A stretch of DNA of 64,000 bases from contig OZ245894.1 in the NCBI GenBank assembly GCA_965229635.1, positions 2,090,672-2,154,671 on the forward strand, written 5' to 3'. The first letter of the stretch is position 1; each line of letters opens with the position of its first letter. Below the pieces are notes generated by a model. It saw only the letters and a list, made by a program, of their open reading frames with translations. It made no database searches and was not told the origin of the DNA. This DNA is from Saprospiraceae bacterium (GTDB taxonomy: Bacteria > Bacteroidota > Bacteroidia > Chitinophagales > Saprospiraceae). The position numbers were made by a program, and so were the translations under genes. Positions 49,179 through 59,849 of this stretch are shown here, piece after piece.

Positions 49179-50735
49179 ATGGTGAAAAAGGGGATATATA
49201 GCTTAATTCTGATGTTCTTTCCGCTCTTCCTCTCCGCTCAGTTGCGCGATTGGGCAGTGGGGCCTATGGCTGGTTTTTGCAATTATGGTGGCGATTTGGT
49301 GAGTGGTAAATTTATCGATCCGCAGGCCACCAACCTCACCCTTGCCCTCCTGGCCCGAAGTCCGATCAATGATCAGTTTAACCTCAGACTCTCCTTAATT
49401 TCCTGTCGCCTTTCCGGCAATGACCTTAATCGTCGAAACATCGATACCCGAGAGCAACGCGCCTTTCGTTTTAGCACTCATGTTACAGAAATTGCGGCAT
49501 TGGGTGAATGGCATTTTCTGGGACGGCGGTCACCGGCTATTTCTCCGTATTTGAGTACCGGCCTGGCCATCATTTTTATGAAACCGGAACCGTTTTTTGA
49601 CCTGGTTAAAGATGAAGGCCTTCTGCCGCGTATCGAATTGGATAAAAATGCTGATTTTGCCAAAACTCGCCTGGCAGTGCCCATTAATGTAGGCGTCAAT
49701 TGGAAAATTGATGAATCCTGGACGATTGGCCTGGATCTGGGGCTGCGCACGGCTTTTACGGATTATCTGGATGGCATCAGTGAATCGGCCAATCCTGACC
49801 GCAACGATTGGTACGGTTATCTGGCGGTGAATGGTACGTACCTATTGAAGCCCAAAGATGCTGACAATGACGGCATAGCTGACAAGCAGGACGACTGTCC
49901 AAACCTTCCGGGTCTGAAACGCACCTACGGTTGTCCCGATACCGATGGAGACGGCATGGCCGATCACCTGGATTATTGTCCATTTGAAATTGGTCCCCCC
50001 CATCTTTTTGGATGTCCTGACGATGATGGAGATGGAATCTCCAACCAGGATGATCACTGTCCTGATGACTTTGGTCCGCAGGAGCGTAATGGCTGCCCAT
50101 TCCGTGATACCGATGGTGATGGAGTAGAAGATTACGTCGATCTGTGCCCATCGGCACCCGGGCCGCCAGAGCGGGAAGGATGTCCCGCCGTTGATAGTGA
50201 CGGTGATGGACTGCTGGATGAAGACGACCGGTGTCCCAATGTCTATGGTGTCCCGATTTTTGCCGGTTGCCCTGATTCGGATGGAGACGGCATTGAGGAT
50301 GCCAAGGATGCCTGTCCGTTTGATTTTGGGGTCTATGAAGAAAATGGCTGTCCCGAGGTCATTAACCCCAAAGAGGAGGCCAAATCGTTGAGCCGGCAGT
50401 TGTTATTTTTTAATCGAAACAGCGTAGATATTGAACGCTATATCTTGCTGGATAAGATTGTGGATTTTCTGCTGGAAAACCCCGATTACCGATTGCATCT
50501 CAAAGGCTTTAGCGATAGCGCAGGGACTTCCGCCCAGAATGTCGCAACTTCGCGCAGGCGGGCGAGGGCCTGTTATGAGTACCTGATCGGTCAGGGCGTG
50601 GCAGCTTCGCGCATGGACTATACCGGATTTGGTGCCGAGCATCCTATTGCCAGTAACGAAACTGAAGAAGGGCGTCAACAAAACCGCAGAGTGGAATTTG
50701 AATTGTTTCACAAAGATGAAGACAGAGAAAATTAA
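49179..50735 (+). CDS. OmpA-family outer-membrane protein with N-terminal beta-barrel, thrombospondin type-3 repeats and C-terminal OmpA peptidoglycan-binding domain
   Basis: repeated DxDxDGxxDxxDxCP motifs, OmpA-like C-terminus (NRNSVDIERY...RRVEFELF). Confidence 0.8.
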   Translation: MVKKGIYSLILMFFPLFLSAQLRDWAVGPMAGFCNYGGDLVSGKFIDPQATNLTLALLARSPINDQFNLRLSLISCRLSGNDLNRRNIDTREQRAFRFSTHVTEIAALGEWHFLGRRSPAISPYLSTGLAIIFMKPEPFFDLVKDEGLLPRIELDKNADFAKTRLAVPINVGVNWKIDESWTIGLDLGLRTAFTDYLDGISESANPDRNDWYGYLAVNGTYLLKPKDADNDGIADKQDDCPNLPGLKRTYGCPDTDGDGMADHLDYCPFEIGPPHLFGCPDDDGDGISNQDDHCPDDFGPQERNGCPFRDTDGDGVEDYVDLCPSAPGPPEREGCPAVDSDGDGLLDEDDRCPNVYGVPIFAGCPDSDGDGIEDAKDACPFDFGVYEENGCPEVINPKEEAKSLSRQLLFFNRNSVDIERYILLDKIVDFLLENPDYRLHLKGFSDSAGTSAQNVATSRRRARACYEYLIGQGVAASRMDYTGFGAEHPIASNETEEGRQQNRRVEFELFHKDEDREN

Positions 50736-51116
50736 TAGCTTTTTAGTTAATATTTTAAAAATAAATGTCTAATTTGCATTCCATAGAGGGTGTAATTATC
50801 GCCAAAACCCTCAATTTTATTGATCACAATCCAGTCCATTTTCCTGCAAACCGATTAGTGTGAGCCCTCCGGCTTTCACCATTATTTTTATCAATTCATA
50901 TTGCCCAAGATTATTTTCCCCCTTAGGAATTGAATTCGAATTAATCATTTGAATTCAAGTATTCATCCAGGTTATCTCATTTTTAGATACCAAGTTATTC
51001 AGAGTGATTCCACTTTTGGTGGATCAATGAGCATTTTATACTCAGCAAACTATTGTTTTCCGGCTCACCCTCCGGACTACAACAATAATCCTATTAACTG
51101 AACAAACACTTTTTTA

Positions 51117-52766
51117 ATGATGAGGAAAGCAATTACACTATTTTGGGGGCTGGTATTGTGGACGGGAGTATTATCAGGGCAATGGTCGAAAGTAGAGGCC
51201 GGTTTTTTTCTGGGCGGATCCAATTATCAGGGCGATGTCGTAAAATCTACCGTTTTTTTATTAGACCAAACCTCAATGGCCTATGGGCTTCATCTGCGGT
51301 ATAACTTTTCACCCCAGGTGTCCCTTCGCGGCAACCTGATGCACACCGATTTACAGGGCAACGATGCCAACTTTTTTCAATTACAGGACCGGGGATACGA
51401 ATTCAAAACACCCTTAACCGAACTGTCTTTCCAATTGGAATACGACCTTTTTGGAGATCAGCGTTACGAAAATCAATCTTTCCGGCGCATTCTCTCACCA
51501 TACGTCTTTGTCGGACTCGGCGCAACCTATTTCAAACCGCAAACACATTTTGGCAACCTGGATAGTAAACCTGGCAATCTGAAGGAAATTCTGGAAGATC
51601 AGAATGCAGATTATTCCAATGTTCAGCCGGTCATACCGCTTGGACTCGGCATTAAAATAGATCTTGCTGAGCAGTGGCTGGTGGGGGTTGAATTCGGCAT
51701 GAGGAAGACTTTCACCGATTACCTCGATGGGGTAAGCAGAGCCGGAAATCCGGGGGCGAATGACTGGTATATTTTTTACGGGGCAAACCTGACCTACCGC
51801 TTTGCCCTGAGAGATATCGATAAGGATGGCATTGTTGATGATAAGGACTTGTGTCCCGAACAGTTTGGACTTGCCTCATTGAAGGGGTGTCCGGATGCCG
51901 ATGGCGATATGGTAACCGATCAGAAAGATCTATGCCCTGATGTTCCCGGCTCGGAACTGCTCATGGGGTGCCCGGATAGTGATGATGATGGGGTTGTTGA
52001 TCATCTTGACAACTGCCCAAAAATTCCCGGAATAAAAACGTTACAAGGATGTCCTGATTACGACGGCGACGGCGTTTCGGATGCAGATGACCTATGTCCT
52101 TCCCTGGCCGGATTGGCTGATCGCGGAGGATGTCCCTTCCCGGATATGGATGGCGATGGGGTAGAGGACAATAAGGACGATTGTCCCCAGATGGCCGGAC
52201 TGCCGGAAAACAAGGGCTGTCCAAAAGACCGGGACAATGATGGCATTGTGGACAGTCAGGATCTTTGCCCCGATGTATATGGTTTGCAATCGGCAAAGGG
52301 CTGTCCGGATCAGGATAGAGACGGTGTTACTGATGATCAAGACGAATGTCCAAATGAATTTGGCCTGGCCAAATACGATGGTTGCCCACGAGCCTTTAGC
52401 AAAGATGCAGAGGTGTTTGATCTTAATGTTAGAGCCATCTGGTTTGAGCCTGCAGAAACCAATATTAAAACCAATGCCATCACCGTCTTGGATGAAACAG
52501 CCATTATGATGTTGCGCAATCCTGGTTTGAAGTTGCGGATCATCGGTTTTGCGGATAGTAACGGTAATGAATTGATCAACCAGCAGTTGTCTGAAGTCAG
52601 GGCCAAAGAGTGTTTTGATTACCTGGTTAGCCTGGGCATCGACCTCGAACGCATGATCTATCAGGGATACGGTGAAGCCAGCCCATTGGGTAATAACGAA
52701 ACACCGGAAGGCCGTCGCCTCAACCGTCGGGTAGAGATTGAATTGTTGAAAGCAAAAGATAAGTAA
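51117..52766 (+). CDS. OmpA-family protein with TSP3 repeats (tandem paralog of 49179..50735)
   Basis: same architecture; C-terminus RRLNRRVEIELL. Confidence 0.8.
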   Translation: MMRKAITLFWGLVLWTGVLSGQWSKVEAGFFLGGSNYQGDVVKSTVFLLDQTSMAYGLHLRYNFSPQVSLRGNLMHTDLQGNDANFFQLQDRGYEFKTPLTELSFQLEYDLFGDQRYENQSFRRILSPYVFVGLGATYFKPQTHFGNLDSKPGNLKEILEDQNADYSNVQPVIPLGLGIKIDLAEQWLVGVEFGMRKTFTDYLDGVSRAGNPGANDWYIFYGANLTYRFALRDIDKDGIVDDKDLCPEQFGLASLKGCPDADGDMVTDQKDLCPDVPGSELLMGCPDSDDDGVVDHLDNCPKIPGIKTLQGCPDYDGDGVSDADDLCPSLAGLADRGGCPFPDMDGDGVEDNKDDCPQMAGLPENKGCPKDRDNDGIVDSQDLCPDVYGLQSAKGCPDQDRDGVTDDQDECPNEFGLAKYDGCPRAFSKDAEVFDLNVRAIWFEPAETNIKTNAITVLDETAIMMLRNPGLKLRIIGFADSNGNELINQQLSEVRAKECFDYLVSLGIDLERMIYQGYGEASPLGNNETPEGRRLNRRVEIELLKAKDK

Positions 52767-52875
52767 AAAGCGCTAAAACCCTATCATAGGCGGGCTGTTA
52801 TGGCCCGCCACCTTTTTATTTTCCGGTAAATCTACAAATAGCGGGAGAAATCCTATTTTTGGGCAAAAATGTTTT

Positions 52876-54567
52876 ATGCTGACATCCAGTAGCCAAAGAA
52901 CCAGAGCCCAGGAATCGCGTGCTGCCATCCAACGCTTGTACATTGCCATGCGCCATCTCTTTATTCGGGGTGGGTATAAACCGCTGGGCGTCTCTGGGGA
53001 GGCCATGATTGAGGCGCTGATGGTGTTGCAACCAGAAATCTATGGAGCGATCACCGATCCTGAACGGGTAGAACTGGATGGATTGTTGTATATTTTTCAG
53101 CGACTGCCCCGAGGGATCGAAGAATGCCGATACGTACGGCTTATCTCCCGCGAGGGGTTTGAAAACAGCAATTTTGAGCCCATCATTCCACCCAAGCGTC
53201 GGCGCAACGCCTACCGCATTGACAAGGAAGAGATCTATATCGAGATGACTCGTGGAAGAAGTGATATTTACGATATTCTTACCCACCTTACCTTCCTGTA
53301 TATTGAGGCCGAAAAGATTCGCAAAAACAGCCAGGACCACCGCGACCGCGACCGGCGGGAGTGGACTATGCTTGAAGAAATTGTGCGTCGGGAAGATGCC
53401 GGAGAAGACTTTAACCAGGAAGTGGCCTACACCTATCTGAGTGCGCTACTGGGACGTACCTATGATGAAACGGTAGCGGCCTGCAAGCGCTTCGCCGCTG
53501 ATCCGGATGTCAATAGCATTTTTCACATCACTTACTGGATGGGGCGTCTTTCGATTGAGGAAGACCAGGAAAAAAATGACCGGGAAATTACCTTTTCATC
53601 AGCGCTTCGTGAAAAAATCGGCCACCACTACTATGGGGAAATCTGGGCGCATAAAATCAAGGAATTTCTCAAGGAAAAAGGTTTGATGGACAGACCCTTT
53701 CACGTTATCAGTGCCAATTTGCACAGTGTGATGAATACGCTCTATGCCAGTGAGGCACTTAAAAAGCACAAGGGGATGAATGAACTGGAAGACTATGCAC
53801 GGGAGTTGAGCCTTCTGGAAAATGAAGATATGCGCTTGCAGGTGAGTAAAGTTGCCGGAAGGCGCGGCATGTACCAGCTTGACGATACCAGCGGAACCAA
53901 TATTTCAGTGCAGATATACGACACGGCCCAGTTAAGCACCGATATGCTCCCCCCCGAAATAAAGCTCCGCGAAGATGTGCCGGAAGAAGAGCGGCCGGTA
54001 TTATTGGTGATGGACTACGCCTTTGGCGAGCAAGCTTATGAGACCATGGATGAACTGTTGAAGCCCTTTGAGGAGGGCGAAAACAAAACGCAAATATCTG
54101 TAGAGTCGATCTCCATTATGGGCAAGGCTGGTATTTTGGAAGGCGGCAAAGGGGATATCATGGTGCCCAGTGCCCATATTTTTGAAGGAACTGCGGACAA
54201 TTATCCCTTTGAAAATGATTTCTCCAAGGCTGACTTTGAAGGTCATGGCCTAAAGGTCTACGAGGGGCCCATGATCACCGTGCTGGGTACTTCGTTACAA
54301 AATAAAGATATTCTGCGCTATTTTCTTAAGTCCTCCTGGCATGCCATTGGTCTGGAAATGGAAGGAGCACACTATCAAAAGGCGATTCAGGCTGCTGCCA
54401 AAATCAGAAAGAGCATTAATGAAAATGTGCGCTTAAGATATGCCTATTATGCCTCTGATAATCCGCTGATTACCGGCCACACACTTGCTTCCGGTAGCCT
54501 GGGCGTTGATGGCGTAAAGCCGACCTATCTGATCACTGTGAAAATCCTGAATGCAATATTGGGATGA
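52876..54567 (+). CDS. protein with C-terminal phosphorylase-superfamily (PNP/UDP/MTAN/AMP-nucleosidase-like) domain and ~380-aa N-terminal domain of unknown function
   Basis: C-terminal motifs MGKAGILEGGKGDIMVPSAHIFEG and IGLEMEGAHY resembling nucleoside phosphorylase/nucleosidase signatures. Confidence 0.55.
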   Translation: MLTSSSQRTRAQESRAAIQRLYIAMRHLFIRGGYKPLGVSGEAMIEALMVLQPEIYGAITDPERVELDGLLYIFQRLPRGIEECRYVRLISREGFENSNFEPIIPPKRRRNAYRIDKEEIYIEMTRGRSDIYDILTHLTFLYIEAEKIRKNSQDHRDRDRREWTMLEEIVRREDAGEDFNQEVAYTYLSALLGRTYDETVAACKRFAADPDVNSIFHITYWMGRLSIEEDQEKNDREITFSSALREKIGHHYYGEIWAHKIKEFLKEKGLMDRPFHVISANLHSVMNTLYASEALKKHKGMNELEDYARELSLLENEDMRLQVSKVAGRRGMYQLDDTSGTNISVQIYDTAQLSTDMLPPEIKLREDVPEEERPVLLVMDYAFGEQAYETMDELLKPFEEGENKTQISVESISIMGKAGILEGGKGDIMVPSAHIFEGTADNYPFENDFSKADFEGHGLKVYEGPMITVLGTSLQNKDILRYFLKSSWHAIGLEMEGAHYQKAIQAAAKIRKSINENVRLRYAYYASDNPLITGHTLASGSLGVDGVKPTYLITVKILNAILG

Positions 54568-54766
54568 ATTTGATATAAAATTAATTGATATCATTAAAAG
54601 AAATACTTAACTTGCACATCACTTCAGGAATTTGTTCCTGTACTACAGTCAAACACCACTCAATAACTTTCCCACAAGCCGATCTATTGAATAGTTTCAA
54701 GCGCTATTTCCGTAAGTAGTTTTAAGTTTTTTCATTCCCCCCCTTTTTGGCATCATGTTTGGACGC

Positions 54767-54864
54767 CAGTGGATTGATGCAGAAATAATTGACATTTAAT
54801 GTTCAGCATCTTCAATGCTTCTAGCCTGAAAAAAGTATCAACTATTTCGGACTAGTCGCACTAG
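54767..54864 (+). repeat. MITE-like repeat family B, copy 2
   Basis: ~95% identical to 24104-24202. Confidence 0.7.
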
Positions 54865-54960
54865 TTTTTGAGCTACAAACAGTATCCTGAATGCTGCATG
54901 AGTAAAGCAGCTATGATTCGGCAATCAAACCATTTACCAAAACAAATAAATCGTTACGTG

Positions 54961-55653
54961 ATGAGAAACAAATTTACACTAATGGTGGTCTGTGTGTTGT
55001 GGACAAGCCTCTTGTGCGGGCAGACCTATAAATTTGAGGGAGGACTCTTCCTCGGTGGGGCTAATTTTCAGGGAGATTTGGTGGAAACCAATGTCTTTAG
55101 AGTGGATCAGACTACGCCTGGTATTGGCCTGAACTTTCGCTACCACCTTTCGCCAATTTTTGCAGTGCGCGCCAATCTATTGCATGGAACATTAAAAGGA
55201 AATGACAACAATTATGATCGTCTCAAGGATCGCGGCTTTAATTTCCGCACGCCTTTGACCGAAATCTCCACCCAATTTGAATGGGATGTGCTAGGCAAGC
55301 AACGGGCAACGCAGGAAACCTTTAAAAGACTGGTTTCTCCTTATCTGTTTGTCGGTGTAGGGATTGCTTTTTTTAAGCCTGACACTCACTACGGAGATGA
55401 AACAACCAATTCCATCAGTCTGGAAAAAGTAGAACAGGACAAAAAAGGAAGTTATTCCACGACCCTGCCGATCATTCCGATGGGCTTTGGCGTGAAGATT
55501 GATCTCAAGGAACAATGGTTGTTGGCGCTCGAATTGGGTATGCGCAAAACCTTTACCGATTATCTCGATGGGGTAAGCCAATCTGGTAATCCCGAGAAGG
55601 ATGACTGGTATACTTTTTACGGCGCTTCGGTAATGTATCGATTTGGGCAATAG
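54961..55653 (+). CDS. truncated OmpA-array paralog: N-terminal beta-barrel domain only (no TSP3 repeats, no OmpA domain)
   Basis: clear similarity to N-terminal 230 aa of 51117..52766 (FEGGLFLGGANFQGD..., GMRKTFTDYLDGVS...DWY.FYGA). Confidence 0.6.
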   Translation: MRNKFTLMVVCVLWTSLLCGQTYKFEGGLFLGGANFQGDLVETNVFRVDQTTPGIGLNFRYHLSPIFAVRANLLHGTLKGNDNNYDRLKDRGFNFRTPLTEISTQFEWDVLGKQRATQETFKRLVSPYLFVGVGIAFFKPDTHYGDETTNSISLEKVEQDKKGSYSTTLPIIPMGFGVKIDLKEQWLLALELGMRKTFTDYLDGVSQSGNPEKDDWYTFYGASVMYRFGQ

Positions 55654-55658
55654 CCTTC

Positions 55659-55720
55659 ATCCGCACAAAGCTCCGGGACACGGCACTTTATGCCGGAGCT
55701 TTGTGCGGACTTTAATTTTT
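55659..55720 (+). terminator. strong intrinsic terminator (17-bp perfect stem, 16-nt loop, T-rich tail)
   Basis: tccgcacaaagctccgg ... ccggagctttgtgcgga then ctttaattttt. Confidence 0.75.
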
Positions 55721-55956
55721 CCTTTACCATTCACCCAGAGGCTTGCTACTCATCCCTCTGGCTTGCCATTGGCCCCAGGTTTTTGGTGGTAATCCCTCAT
55801 TTCTGCGGCCTATTTGCCGGATCTATACATTTGTTGAAAAAAGAATCCGGTTATGAAAATTCCGACGATGTCAGCCTGTATGGAGCTGGAGGTTGCTTAT
55901 TAAACTACAAAAGCCCCAGGCAGTGGCTGGTCTGCTGGGGCCTTTGTAGTGTGCAA

Positions 55957-56064
55957 CTAGTGGATTGATGCAGAAATAATTGATATCTAATGTTCAGCAT
56001 CATCAATGCTTCTAGCCTGAAAAAAGTATCAACTATTTCGGACTAGTCGCACGAGTCGCACTAG
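55957..56064 (+). repeat. MITE-like repeat family B, copy 3 (with internal cgcacgagtcgcactag duplication)
   Basis: seen directly. Confidence 0.7.
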
Positions 56065-56069
56065 TTCCT

Positions 56070-57125
56070 TCAATTGATTTCGGGCTTGACGATTTCTGCC
56101 GGAGGGTTGCTGGGCAACTTAGGTGAAAAACCATTCTCCAGCTCGATGAAGAACTGGTCCAGGTATTTGGTCACCTCCTTGCGGCTCTTACGGCTGAGTA
56201 GCTCAAATTGATCTACGGTGGTCAGCAATTGCTGACGAGCTGCTTTCATTTGATCGATAGCCGGTTTAAGGCTAGTCTGATTCATTCTTCCCAGGTAAAT
56301 GCGATCCGTCATAGACCGTTGGCCAAGCTCGTTACGAGGAACGGCATATTTGGCATTGACCACTCCGGAAAAGTCAAAATCGTATGGTACAGGTACGTTT
56401 TTGCCGGATGGCAAGGTCAATAATTTCAGGTTGCGGCTCATCTGTACGGACCAGTCCGTATTGCCGATCATGTACTGAAACAGTGCATGAGTATAGATCA
56501 CATCGGTATTCAACTGGCTATCTTCAATACCAAAGCAATCCTTGCAGGTTTCGCCCTGGTAGCGTTCTTCCATTTCATCGGTGTCTTCGATGAGAATGGC
56601 GTAGGAGGAAGTCTTTTTACCAGTGACGAGGTCTTTGTAGGTCAAATTGACCAACTGCACGCGGTAGTGGTAGGGGCTCACCTGTTGGTACAGCTTGTAC
56701 GCCAGGAATTCCCGCAATACATAGTCGTTACCTTCGTCAGTGCCGGTTACATTGGTGACCAGTTTGAGATCGTTGTGGTGATTCATGCCTCTGGCGGCGA
56801 GGGCCTTCTTTGGAAACTTCAGCTTAAGCGGCGGGAAGTCGCCAAATACTCTGCGAAAGCGGCCGCGGGCGCGCACTTCCAGTGGCCAGCGTTGTTCCTG
56901 ACCAGTAGCATCGGTAAAGGTAAAGACTGCTGGGTGGAAGTCATTGGTCTTCTTCTTTTCAAGAAGGTACTCAACGTTTACCTCCAGTGTCGCGTCCAGA
57001 ATTTGCTCGGTATATAGTCGGTCAAAAATACTCGGCAGCTCTTCGTGGCCGTTGGCAAATACAGTCATTGGGCTCATGGCGGCTATCCATAGCGCCATGA
57101 CCATCATTTTGTGTCGGGTGATCAT
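56070..57125 (-). CDS. hypothetical secreted protein
   Basis: signal peptide; no recognisable domain. Confidence 0.4.
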   Translation of the reverse strand: MITRHKMMVMALWIAAMSPMTVFANGHEELPSIFDRLYTEQILDATLEVNVEYLLEKKKTNDFHPAVFTFTDATGQEQRWPLEVRARGRFRRVFGDFPPLKLKFPKKALAARGMNHHNDLKLVTNVTGTDEGNDYVLREFLAYKLYQQVSPYHYRVQLVNLTYKDLVTGKKTSSYAILIEDTDEMEERYQGETCKDCFGIEDSQLNTDVIYTHALFQYMIGNTDWSVQMSRNLKLLTLPSGKNVPVPYDFDFSGVVNAKYAVPRNELGQRSMTDRIYLGRMNQTSLKPAIDQMKAARQQLLTTVDQFELLSRKSRKEVTKYLDQFFIELENGFSPKLPSNPPAEIVKPEIN

Positions 57126-57375
57126 GATTAAGGTTTTAAGGTACTTTCCTTATACTGTTATAAAAGAAAGACGATGATTTCAATGCAAAGTTGCAAGACT
57201 GGCAGCAAATAAGCTATTTTTTTCGAGGGAAGTTGGATTTTTTCTAGACGAACGAAAGGAATGGTTGTCTTGGAACGATGAAGGGAGGAGTTTTATCGAC
57301 GAAAAATAATATCAACCCACTAGCAACCTTTCCCGATTGATGCAGTCCTTAGGGTGTACCTAACACTCATTGGTT

Positions 57376-59745
57376 ATGCTTCAGAACTACTTCAAAACGG
57401 CTTTTCGCAATCTTTTCAAGAACAAATTATACAGCTTTATCAATATCGGCGGCCTTGCGCTGGGGATGGCGATTGCCATCTTGATTGCGCTTTACGTACA
57501 ACACGAGCTCAATTATGACAAATGGATCAATGGCCACGAGCAGGTACACCGCGTATACCGGCATTGGCTGGGCGGTGGTAAAACAGCCTGGACGCCCGAT
57601 CCATTGGCGGAAGCCCTGGTGGAGCACCTTCCGGAAGTAAATAAGGCGGCGGGCGTCTCCAATTATGGGGAGGTATTGATGGAGTATGAGCAAGAGAAAA
57701 TCTACGTGAAGCGAGCGGCCATGGCGGACAGTACTTTCCTGTCGGTTGTGGAGTTGCCATTGTTGTACGGCAATCCAAAAGAGGCACTAAAAGCACCCAA
57801 TGCGGTGGTGCTCTCCAAGCGGGTGGCGGAAGCCTTCTTTGGCCCGGTAAACCCCGTTGGAAAGTCGATGCGTTTCAATGACGAGATAGACCTGACGGTG
57901 GGAGGTGTGCTGGATGAATATCCTGGCGATACGCATCTGGACTATGAATTGTATACCCGCTACACTTATTCGTCGCCCAACTGGACTGGTAATAACCGGG
58001 CCACCTATGTGCGGTTAAATGCAGAGGCGGTGGTGCCGCAGGTGGAAAAGAAGATGACGGAATTGGTGAAGCCACATTTTGTTGCCCAAATGAAAGAAAT
58101 GGGCGTAGTGGTGAAGGAAGAAGATATTGCCCGCTGGGAATTACAACCAATGGATGATATTCATTTGTACTCCGGTGAAATTGGCTGGCGCACGCAAACG
58201 GGTGGCGACATTAAATACATTTATATTTTTGGCGTCATCGCTTTAATCGTTTTGCTGATTGCGAGTATCAACTACATCAATTTATCGACGGCAAGAGCCA
58301 TGAATCGGGCGCGGGAAGTAGGCGTGCGTAAAGCAACGGGCGCCCGTCGTGACCAGTTGGTGATGCAATTCCTTTCGGAAACGCTGGTGCAGACTTTTAC
58401 GGCTTTAGTGCTGGCTGTGGTGCTGGCTCAGGTGTTTTTGCCCACTTTTAATCAAATTATTGATCGTGAGCTTATTTTTTTGAATGGAGCCTGGGCGCAG
58501 TATATCCCCGCGATGCTGCTTTTGGTCTTACTGGTAAGTTTGCTGGCGGGCAGTTATCCGGCCTTTGTACTTTCCGGTTTCCAGCCGGTGAAGGTGCTCA
58601 AGGGAGTGTTGAAGCGTAGCAGCGGCGGGCAGTTGTTTCGCCGGGCGCTGGTGGTTTCGCAGTTTTCCCTTTCAGTGGTATTGGTTATTGTGATGCTGTT
58701 TATCTACCGACAGATGAACTACATGATGGCCCAGGATTTGGGCTTTTCGGGGGATCAGGTATTGTTAATTCCACTTAATAAGGACGACTCTCACCGCAAG
58801 CTGGAGAGCATGAAGGATGCCTTTTTGTCTATCCAGGGCGTGAAGTCGTTGACCACCGCTAGTCGGATGCCTGGTCATTCCTATCCTGATTGGGGTATGA
58901 ATGTCGAAGGTAAAACGGACCCCATTTATCCGCGCACGATGTTTGCGGATGCCGATTATGCTATAACACTGGGGCTTGAAGTGGTTGAAGGGCGATTTCT
59001 GGCCGCAGATCGTCCATTAGATACGCTCAATAACTTTATCGTCAATGAGGCGTTTGTGCGCGACTACCAAATTGAAAACCCTATTGGGCAGAAGCTCAAA
59101 TTCATGGGTGAGGAAGAATACGGACAGATTGTGGGGGTTATAAAAGATTATCACTACCGTGGCCTGGATGGAAAGATTGATCCGTTAATCATTGGCGGCC
59201 ACCACGATCGGTACTACACGGCCATCAAGGTGTCACCGGAGCAGTTGACGACCACCATTGCATCCATTCGTAATTTATGGGAGCAGGTTGAAGCGGCTCA
59301 TCCAATGGTGCATTCTTTTTTGGATGAATCTTTCCAGAAGCAATACAATGAGTATGAGCGCTTTGGCAAAACCCTACTCTATGCGACCATCCTCGCGATC
59401 TTTTTGGCGGTTTTAGGCTTGTTTGGCCTGGCCACTTATGCCGCGATAACCCGAACCAAAGAGATAGGTATCCGTAAGGTGCTGGGAGCATCGATTCAAG
59501 GTATTAGCTTTATGTTGGTCAAGGATTTCATCCGCTGGGTGATGGTGGCGGGCATCATTGCCGTGCCGTTTGGTTATTTGTTGTCAAAACGCTGGCTGGA
59601 AGACTTTGCTTATCGAACCGATATGAGTATTTATCCATTCTTACTATCGATCGGAGCGGCGATATTGATTGCGGCACTGACGGTGAGCTTTCAGGCGATC
59701 CGGGCGGCTTTGGCCAATCCGGTGGAGGCGCTGAAGTATGAGTAG
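57376..59745 (+). CDS. ABC transporter permease, FtsX/MacB-like (two FtsX domains)
   Basis: N-terminal MLQNYFKTAFRNLFKNK, duplicated 4-TM FtsX modules, ~790 aa. Confidence 0.85.
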   Translation: MLQNYFKTAFRNLFKNKLYSFINIGGLALGMAIAILIALYVQHELNYDKWINGHEQVHRVYRHWLGGGKTAWTPDPLAEALVEHLPEVNKAAGVSNYGEVLMEYEQEKIYVKRAAMADSTFLSVVELPLLYGNPKEALKAPNAVVLSKRVAEAFFGPVNPVGKSMRFNDEIDLTVGGVLDEYPGDTHLDYELYTRYTYSSPNWTGNNRATYVRLNAEAVVPQVEKKMTELVKPHFVAQMKEMGVVVKEEDIARWELQPMDDIHLYSGEIGWRTQTGGDIKYIYIFGVIALIVLLIASINYINLSTARAMNRAREVGVRKATGARRDQLVMQFLSETLVQTFTALVLAVVLAQVFLPTFNQIIDRELIFLNGAWAQYIPAMLLLVLLVSLLAGSYPAFVLSGFQPVKVLKGVLKRSSGGQLFRRALVVSQFSLSVVLVIVMLFIYRQMNYMMAQDLGFSGDQVLLIPLNKDDSHRKLESMKDAFLSIQGVKSLTTASRMPGHSYPDWGMNVEGKTDPIYPRTMFADADYAITLGLEVVEGRFLAADRPLDTLNNFIVNEAFVRDYQIENPIGQKLKFMGEEEYGQIVGVIKDYHYRGLDGKIDPLIIGGHHDRYYTAIKVSPEQLTTTIASIRNLWEQVEAAHPMVHSFLDESFQKQYNEYERFGKTLLYATILAIFLAVLGLFGLATYAAITRTKEIGIRKVLGASIQGISFMLVKDFIRWVMVAGIIAVPFGYLLSKRWLEDFAYRTDMSIYPFLLSIGAAILIAALTVSFQAIRAALANPVEALKYE

Positions 59746-59758
59746 ATGAGAGAAGACT

Positions 59759-59832
59759 GTTTAGAGTGTAGAGAAAATAAGCTGATAATCCTGCAAATGC
59801 TGTCATTCTGAAAATTCTGCTTTAATTCTGTA
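59759..59832 (+). repeat. short derivative of repeat family A
   Basis: gtttagagtgtagag...cctgcaaat...aattctgctttaattctg. Confidence 0.5.
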
Positions 59833-59849
59833 CCTTACGGTAAAAAGAT

